In this document: piece after piece, positions 56,901-64,000 of the stretch
Position numbering within the stretch: position 1 is the stretch's first letter
Layout: the number at the start of each line of letters is the position of its first letter
DNA from: the human T2T-CHM13v2.0 reference genome, Homo sapiens
NCBI RefSeq assembly: GCF_009914755.1
Contig: NC_060938.1
Length of the DNA stretch: 64,000 bases
Reading direction: 5' to 3' (one strand)
Notes under the pieces: model-generated
The model's database searches: none
The model's input: the letters and a program-made list of their open reading frames with translations, nothing else
Told to the model about the DNA's origin: nothing
Translations under genes and position numbers: made by a program

Positions 56901-59900
56901 CCAACGAAATCCTCCAAGCTATCCAAATATCCACTTGCAGATTCCACAGAAAGACTGTTTCAAAACTGCTCTGTCAATAGAAAGGTTCAACTCTGTTAGC
57001 TGCATGCATATATCCCAAAGAAGATTCTGAGATTGCTTCTGTCTAGTTTTTATGGGAAGATATTTCCCTTTTCACCGTAGGCGTCAAGGCGCTCCAAATG
57101 TCCACTTCCAGATACTACAAAAAGAGTGTTTCAAACCTACTCTGTGAAAGGGAATATTCAACTCTGTGACTTGAATGCACATATCACAAGGAAGTTTCTG
57201 AGAATGCTTCTGTCGAGATTTTATATGAAGATATTCCCGTTTCCAACGAAATCCTGAAATCTATCCAAATATCCCCTTGCAGATTCTACAAAAAGAGTGT
57301 TTCAAAACTGCTCTGTAAAAAGAAAGGTTCAACTCTGTTAGTTGAGTACACACATCACAAACAAGTTTCACACAATGCTTCTTTCTAGCTTGTAGGGGAA
57401 GATATTCCCTTTATCACCATGGGCCTCAAACCGTCCGATAAGTCCACTTCCATATACTACAAAAAGAGCGTTTCAAACCTGCTCTATGAAAGGCAATGTT
57501 CAACTCTGTGACTTGAATGCAGACATCACAGAGCAGTTTCTGAGAATGCTTCTGTCTAGATTTTATAGGAAGATATTCCCGTTTCCAACGAAATCTTCAC
57601 AGCTATCCAAATATCCACTTGCAGATTCTACAAAAAGAGTGTATCAAAACTGCTCTGTCAAAAGGAAGGTTCTTTTCTGTTAGGTGAGTGCATACGTCAT
57701 AAAGGAGTTTCTGAGAATGTTTCTGTCTAGTGGTTATGGGAAGATATTTGCTTTTTCACCGTAGGCCTCAGAGCGCTCCAAATATCCACTTGCACATACT
57801 ACAAAAAGAGTGCCTCAAAGCTGCTCTCTGAAACGGAATGTTCAACTCTATGAGTTGAATGCAAACATCGCAAAGACGTTTCTGAGAATGCTTCTGTCTA
57901 GATTTGATATGAAGATATTCCCGTTTCCAACGAAATCTTCAAATCTATCCAAATGTCCACTTGCAGATTCAACAAAAAGTGTTTTTCAGAACTGCTCTAT
58001 CAAAAGAAAGATCCACCTCTGTTAGCTGAGTTCACACATCACAAACAAGTTTATGAGAATGCTTCTGTCTAGTTTTTATTTGAAGATATTTCCTTTCTCA
58101 CCATAGAGCTGAAAGCTGTCCTAATGTTCACTTCCAGATACTACAGAAAGAGTGTTTCAAAACTGCTGTACGAAAGGGAATGTTCAACTCTGTGACTTGA
58201 ATGCACACATCACAAAGAAGTTTCTGAGGATGCTGCTGTCTACTTTTTATACGTAATCCCGTTTCCAACGAAATCCTCCAAGCTATCCAAATATCCACTT
58301 GCAGATTCCACAGAAAGACTGTTTCAAAACTGCTCTGTCAATAGAAAGGTTCAACTCTGTTAGCTGCATGCATATATCCCAAAGAAGATTCTGAGATTGC
58401 TTCTGTCTAGTTTTTATGGGAAGATATTTCCCTTTTCACCGTAGGCGTCAAGGCGCTCCAAATGTCCACTTCCAGATACTACAAAAAGAGTGTTTCAAAC
58501 CTACTCTGTGAAAGGGAATATTCAACTCTGTGACTTGAATGCACATATCACAAGGAAGTTTCTGAGAATGCTTCTGTCGAGATTTTATATGAAGATATTC
58601 CCGTTTCCAACGAAATCCTGAAATCTATCCAAATATCCCCTTGCAGATTCTACAAAAAGAGTGTTTCAAAACTGCTCTGTAAAAAGAAAGGTTCAACTCT
58701 GTTAGTTGAGTACACACATCACAAACAAGTTTCACACAATGCTTCTTTCTAGCTTGTAGGGGAAGATATTCCCTTTATCACCATGGGCCTCAAACCGTCC
58801 GATAAGTCCACTTCCATATACTACAAAAAGAGCGTTTCAAACCTGCTCTATGAAAGGCAATGTTCAACTCTGTGACTTGAATGCAGACATCACAGAGCAG
58901 TTTCTGAGAATGCTTCTGTCTAGATTTTATAGGAAGATATTCCCGTTTCCAACGAAATCTTCACAGCTATCCAAATATCCACTTGCAGATTCTACAAAAA
59001 GAGTGTATCAAAACTGCTCTGTCAAAAGGAAGGTTCTTTTCTGTTAGGTGAGTGCATACGTCATAAAGGAGTTTCTGAGAATGTTTCTGTCTAGTGGTTA
59101 TGGGAAGATATTTGCTTTTTCACCGTAGGCCTCAGAGCGCTCCAAATATCCACTTGCACATACTACAAAAAGAGTGCCTCAAAGCTGCTCTCTGAAACGG
59201 AATGTTCAACTCTATGAGTTGAATGCAAACATCGCAAAGACGTTTCTGAGAATGCTTCTGTCTAGATTTGATATGAAGATATTCCCGTTTCCAACGAAAT
59301 CTTCAAATCTATCCAAATGTCCACTTGCAGATTCAACAAAAAGTGTTTTTCAGAACTGCTCTATCAAAAGAAAGATCCACCTCTGTTAGCTGAGTTCACA
59401 CATCACAAACAAGTTTATGAGAATGCTTCTGTCTAGTTTTTATTTGAAGATATTTCCTTTCTCACCATAGAGCTGAAAGCTGTCCTAATGTTCACTTCCA
59501 GATACTACAGAAAGAGTGTTTCAAAACTGCTGTACGAAAAGGAATGTTCAACTCTGTGACTTGAATGCACACATCACAAAGAAGTTTCTGAGGATGCTGC
59601 TGTCTACTTTTTATACGTAATCCCGTTTCCAACGAAATCCTCCAAGCTATCCAAATATCCACTTGCAGATTCCACAGAAAGACTGTTTCAAAACTGCTCT
59701 GTCAATAGAAAGGTTCAACTCTGTTAGCTGCGTGCATATATCCCAAAGAAGATTCTGAGATTGCTTCTGTCTAGTTTTTATGGGAAGATATTTCCCTTTT
59801 CACCGTAGGTGTCAAGGCGCTCCAAATGTCCACTTCCAGATACTACAAAAAGAGTGTTTCAAACCTACTCTGTGAAAGGGAATATTCAACTCTGTGACTT

Positions 59901-62900
59901 GAATGCACATATCACAAAGAAGTTTCTGAGAATGCTTCTGTCGAGATTTTATATGAAGATATTCCCGTTTCCAACGAAATGCTGAAATCTATCCAAATAT
60001 CCCCTCGCAGATTCTACAAAAAGAGTGTTTCAAAACTGCTCTGTGAAAAGAAAGGTTCAACTCTGTTAGTTGAGTACACACATCACAAACAAGTTTCACA
60101 GAATGCTTCTTTCTAGCTTGTAGGGGAAGATATTCCCTTTATCACCATGGGCCTCCAACCGTCCGAAACATCCACTTCCATATACTACAAAAAGAGCGTT
60201 TCAAACCTGCTCTATGAAAGGCAATGTTCAACTCTGTGACTTGAATGCAGACATCACAGAGCAGTTTCTGAGAATGCTTCTGTCTAGATTTTATAGGAAG
60301 ATATTCCCGTTTCCAACGAAATCTTCACAGCTATCCAAATATCCACTTGCAGATTCTACAAAAAGAGTGTATCAAAACTGCTCTGTCAAAAGGAAGGTTC
60401 TTCTCTGTTAGGTGAGTGCATACGTCATAAAGGAGTTTCTGAGAATGTTTCTGTCTAGTGGTTATGGGAAGATATTTGCTTTTTCACCGTAGGCCTCAGA
60501 GCGCTCCAAATATCCACTTGCACATACTACAAAAAGAGTGCTTCAAAGCTGCTCTCTGAAACGGAATGTTCAACTCTATGAGTTGAATGCAAACATCACA
60601 AAGACGTTTCTGAGAATGCTTCTGTCTAGATTTGATATGAAGATATTCCCGTTTCCAACGAAATCTTCAAATCTATCCAAATGTCCACTTGCAGATTCAA
60701 CAAAAAGTGTTTTTCAGAACTGCTCTATCAAAAGAAAGATCCACCTCTGTTAGCTGAGTTCACACATCACAAACAAGTTTATGAGAATGCTTCTGTCTAG
60801 TTTTTATTTGAAGATATTTCCTTTCTCACCATAGAGCTGAAAGCTGTCCTAATGTTCACTTCCAGATACTACAGAAAGAGTGTTTCAAAACTGCTGTACG
60901 AAAGGGAATGTTCAACTCTGTGACTTGAATGCACACATCACAAAGAAGTTTCTGAGGATGCTGCTGTCTACTTTTTATACGTAATCCCGTTTCCAACGAA
61001 ATCCTCCAAGCTATCCAAATATCCACTTGCAGATTCCACAGAAAGACTGTTTCAAAACTGCTCTGTCAATAGAAAGGTTCAACTCTGTTAGCTGCGTGCA
61101 TATATCCCAAAGAAGATTCTGAGATTGCTTCTGTCTAGTTTTTATGGGAAGATATTTCCCTTTTCACCGTAGGTGTCAAGGCGCTCCAAATGTCCACTTC
61201 CAGATACTACAAAAAGAGTGTTTCAAACCTACTCTGTGAAAGGGAATATTCAACTCTGTGACTTGAATGCACATATCACAAAGAAGTTTCTGAGAATGCT
61301 TCTGTCGAGATTTTATATGAAGATATTCCCGTTTCCAACGAAATGCTGAAATCTATCCAAATATCCCCTCGCAGATTCTACAAAAAGAGTGTTTCAAAAC
61401 TGCTCTGTGAAAAGAAAGGTTCAACTCTGTTAGTTGAGTACACACATCACAAACAAGTTTCACAGAATGCTTCTTTCTAGCTTGTAGGGGAAGATATTCC
61501 CTTTATCACCATGGGCCTCCAACCGTCCGAAACATCCACTTCCATATACTACAAAAAGAGCGTTTCAAACCTGCTCTATGAAAGGCAATGTTCAACTCTG
61601 TGACTTGAATGCAGACATCACAGAGCAGTTTCTGAGAATGCTTCTGTCTAGATTTTATAGGAAGATATTCCCGTTTCCAACGAAATCTTCACAGCTATCC
61701 AAATATCCACTTGCAGATTCTACAAAAAGAGTGTATCAAAACTGCTCTGTCAAAAGGAAGGTTCTTCTCTGTTAGGTGAGTGCATACGTCATAAAGGAGT
61801 TTCTGAGAATGTTTCTGTCTAGTGGTTATGGGAAGATATTTGCTTTTTCACCGTAGGCCTCAGAGCGCTCCAAATATCCACTTGCACATACTACAAAAAG
61901 AGTGCTTCAAAGCTGCTCTCTGAAACGGAATGTTCAACTCTATGAGTTGAATGCAAACATCACAAAGACGTTTCTGAGAATGCTTCTGTCTAGATTTGAT
62001 ATGAAGATATTCCCGTTTCCAACGAAATCTTCAAATCTATCCAAATGTCCACTTGCAGATTCAACAAAAAGTGTTTTTCAGAACTGCTCTATCAAAAGAA
62101 AGATCCACCTCTGTTAGCTGAGTTCACACATCACAAACAAGTTTATGAGAATGCTTCTGTCTAGTTTTTATTTGAAGATATTTCCTTTCTCACCATAGAG
62201 CTGAAAGCTGTCCTAATGTTCACTTCCAGATACTACAGAAAGAGTGTTTCAAAACTGCTGTACGAAAGGGAATGTTCAACTCTGTGACTTGAATGCACAC
62301 ATCACAAAGAAGTTTCTGAGGATGCTGCTGTCTACTTTTTATACGTAATCCCGTTTCCAACGAAATCCTCCAAGCTATCCAAATATCCACTTGCAGATTC
62401 CACAGAAAGACTGTTTCAAAACTGCTCTGTCAATAGAAAGGTTCAACTCTGTTAGCTGCATGCATATATCCCAAAGAAGATTCTGAGATTGCTTCTGTCT
62501 AGTTTTTATGGGAAGATATTTCCCTTTTCACCGTAGGCGTCAAGGCGCTCCAAATGTCCACTTCCAGATACTACAAAAAGAGTGTTTCAAACCTACTCTG
62601 TGAAAGGAAATATTCAACTCTGTGACTTGAATGCACATATCACAAGGAAGTTTCTGAGAATGCTTCTGTCGAGATTTTATATGAAGATATTCCCGTTTCC
62701 AACGAAATCCTGAAATCTATCCAAATATCCCCTTGCAGATTCTACAAAAAGAGTGTTTCAAAACTGCTCTGTAAAAAGAAAGGTTCAACTCTGTTAGTTG
62801 AGTACACACATCACAAACAAGTTTCACACAATGCTTCTTTCTAGCTTGTAGGGGAAGATATTCCCTTTATCACCATGGGCCTCAAACCGTCCGATAAGTC

Positions 62901-64000
62901 CACTTCTATATACTACAAAAAGAGCGTTTCAAACCTGCTCTATGAAAGGCAATGTTCAACTCTGTGACTTGAATGCAGACATCACAGAGCAGTTTCTGAG
63001 AATGCTTCTGTCTAGATTTTATAGGAAGATATTCCCGTTTCCAACGAAATCTTCACAGCTATCCAAATATCCACTTGCAGATTCTACAAAAAGAGTGTAT
63101 CAAAACTGCTCTGTCAAAAGGAAGGTTCTTTTCTGTTAGGTGAGTGCATACGTCATAAAGGAGTTTCTGAGAATGTTTCTGTCTAGTGGTTATGGGAAGA
63201 TATTTGCTTTTTCACCGTAGGCCTCAGAGCGCTCCAAATATCCACTTGCACATACTACAAAAAGAGTGCCTCAAAGCTGCTCTCTGAAATGGAATGTTCA
63301 ACTCTATGAGTTGAATGCAAACATCGCAAAGACGTTTCTGAGAATGCTTCTGTCTAGATTTGATATGAAGATATTCCCGTTTCCAACGAAATCTTCAAAT
63401 CTATCCAAATGTCCACTTGCAGATTCAACAAAAAGTGTTTTTCAGAACTGCTCTATCAAAAGAAAGATCCACCTCTGTTAGCTGAGTTCACACATCACAA
63501 ACAAGTTTATGAGAATGCTTCTGTCTAGTTTTTATTTGAAGATATTTCCTTTCTCACCATAGAGCTGAAAGCTGTCCTAATGTTCACTTCCAGATACTAC
63601 AGAAAGAGTGTTTCAAAACTGCTGTACGAAAGGGAATGTTCAACTCTGTGACTTGAATGCACACATCACAAAGAAGTTTCTGAGGATGCTGCTGTCTACT
63701 TTTTATACGTAATCCCGTTTCCAACGAAATCCTCCAAGCTATCCAAATATCCACTTGCAGATTCCACAGAAAGACTGTTTCAAAACTGCTCTGTCAATAG
63801 AAAGGTTCAACTCTGTTAGCTGCATGCATACATCCCAAAGAAGATTCTGAGATTGCTTCTGTCTAGTTTTTATGGGAAGATATTTCCCTTTTCACCGTAG
63901 GCGTCAAGGCGCTCCAAATGTCCACTTCCAGATACTACAAAAAGAGTGTTTCAAACCTACTCTGTGAAAGGGAATATTCAACTCTGTGACTTGAATGCAC

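Larger units (their letters stand above)
1..64000 (-). repeat. Centromeric alpha-satellite HOR array (~171-bp monomers, 1364-bp 8-mer HOR, highly homogeneous, live-array-like)
   Basis: Alphoid motifs recur throughout (ttcaactctgtgacttgaatgc, gtttctgagaatgcttctgtctag, tcccgtttccaacgaaa). Near-identical ORF translations recur every 1364 bp. The CENP-B box reads TTTCGTTGGAAACGGGA on the minus strand, so the array is reverse to the usual consensus orientation. Confidence 0.99.

Noticed and set aside
210-63481. Recurring 65-aa (MKGNVQLCDL...) and 71-aa (MPQSC/MLQSC...) plus-strand ORFs
   Set aside because: These are chance open frames in alpha satellite, repeated with the HOR. The two are similar only because they come from paralogous monomers. 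The 71-aa ORF starts at GTG. Copies are lost by a stop (cag>tag at 4688) or start loss (atg>att at 56124). There is no recognisable domain or gene context.
301-63730. Regularly spaced identical 17-bp motif resembling CRISPR repeats
   Set aside because: The motif is the CENP-B box. The intervening ~325-bp sequences are themselves repeated satellite, not unique spacers, and there are no cas genes.
1-64000. Alternative assignment to other alphoid arrays (chr20 D20Z2 16-mer, chr2 4-mer, SF1 8-mers of chr10/chr12)
   Set aside because: The P and L units differ by only about 1% and do not alternate strictly, so this is not a fixed 16-mer. The four dimers are all distinct, so it is not a 4-mer. The flanks and TTTCG-type box look SF2. 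Not formally excluded without an HMM or BLAST search.

Overview
The whole 64 kb window is one uninterrupted, single-orientation array of primate (very probably human) centromeric alpha-satellite DNA. It contains no genes, RNA genes, transposons or CRISPR. The ~171-bp monomers alternate between a CENP-B-box type and a pJalpha-motif type, and are organised into a 1364-bp 8-monomer higher-order repeat (HOR; CENP-B box spacing 342/338/342/342). The best fit is the suprachromosomal family 2 live array shared by chr14 and chr22 (D14Z9/D22Z1); this is an inference from recalled family properties, not a database match. Between 210 and 62942 there are exactly 41 canonical 1364-bp units and four 1702-bp 10-mer variants, each made by a 338-bp dimer duplication. 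All listed ORFs are repeat artefacts. I found no new gene system. The interesting signal lies in the SNP pattern: two interleaved HOR haplotypes, local super-periods of 2, 3 and 4 HORs, a 29-kb long-range copy, mosaic recombinant units, a probable single origin for the 10-mers, and four CENP-B boxes with mutated core positions. SNPs were read by eye, so lists may be incomplete.
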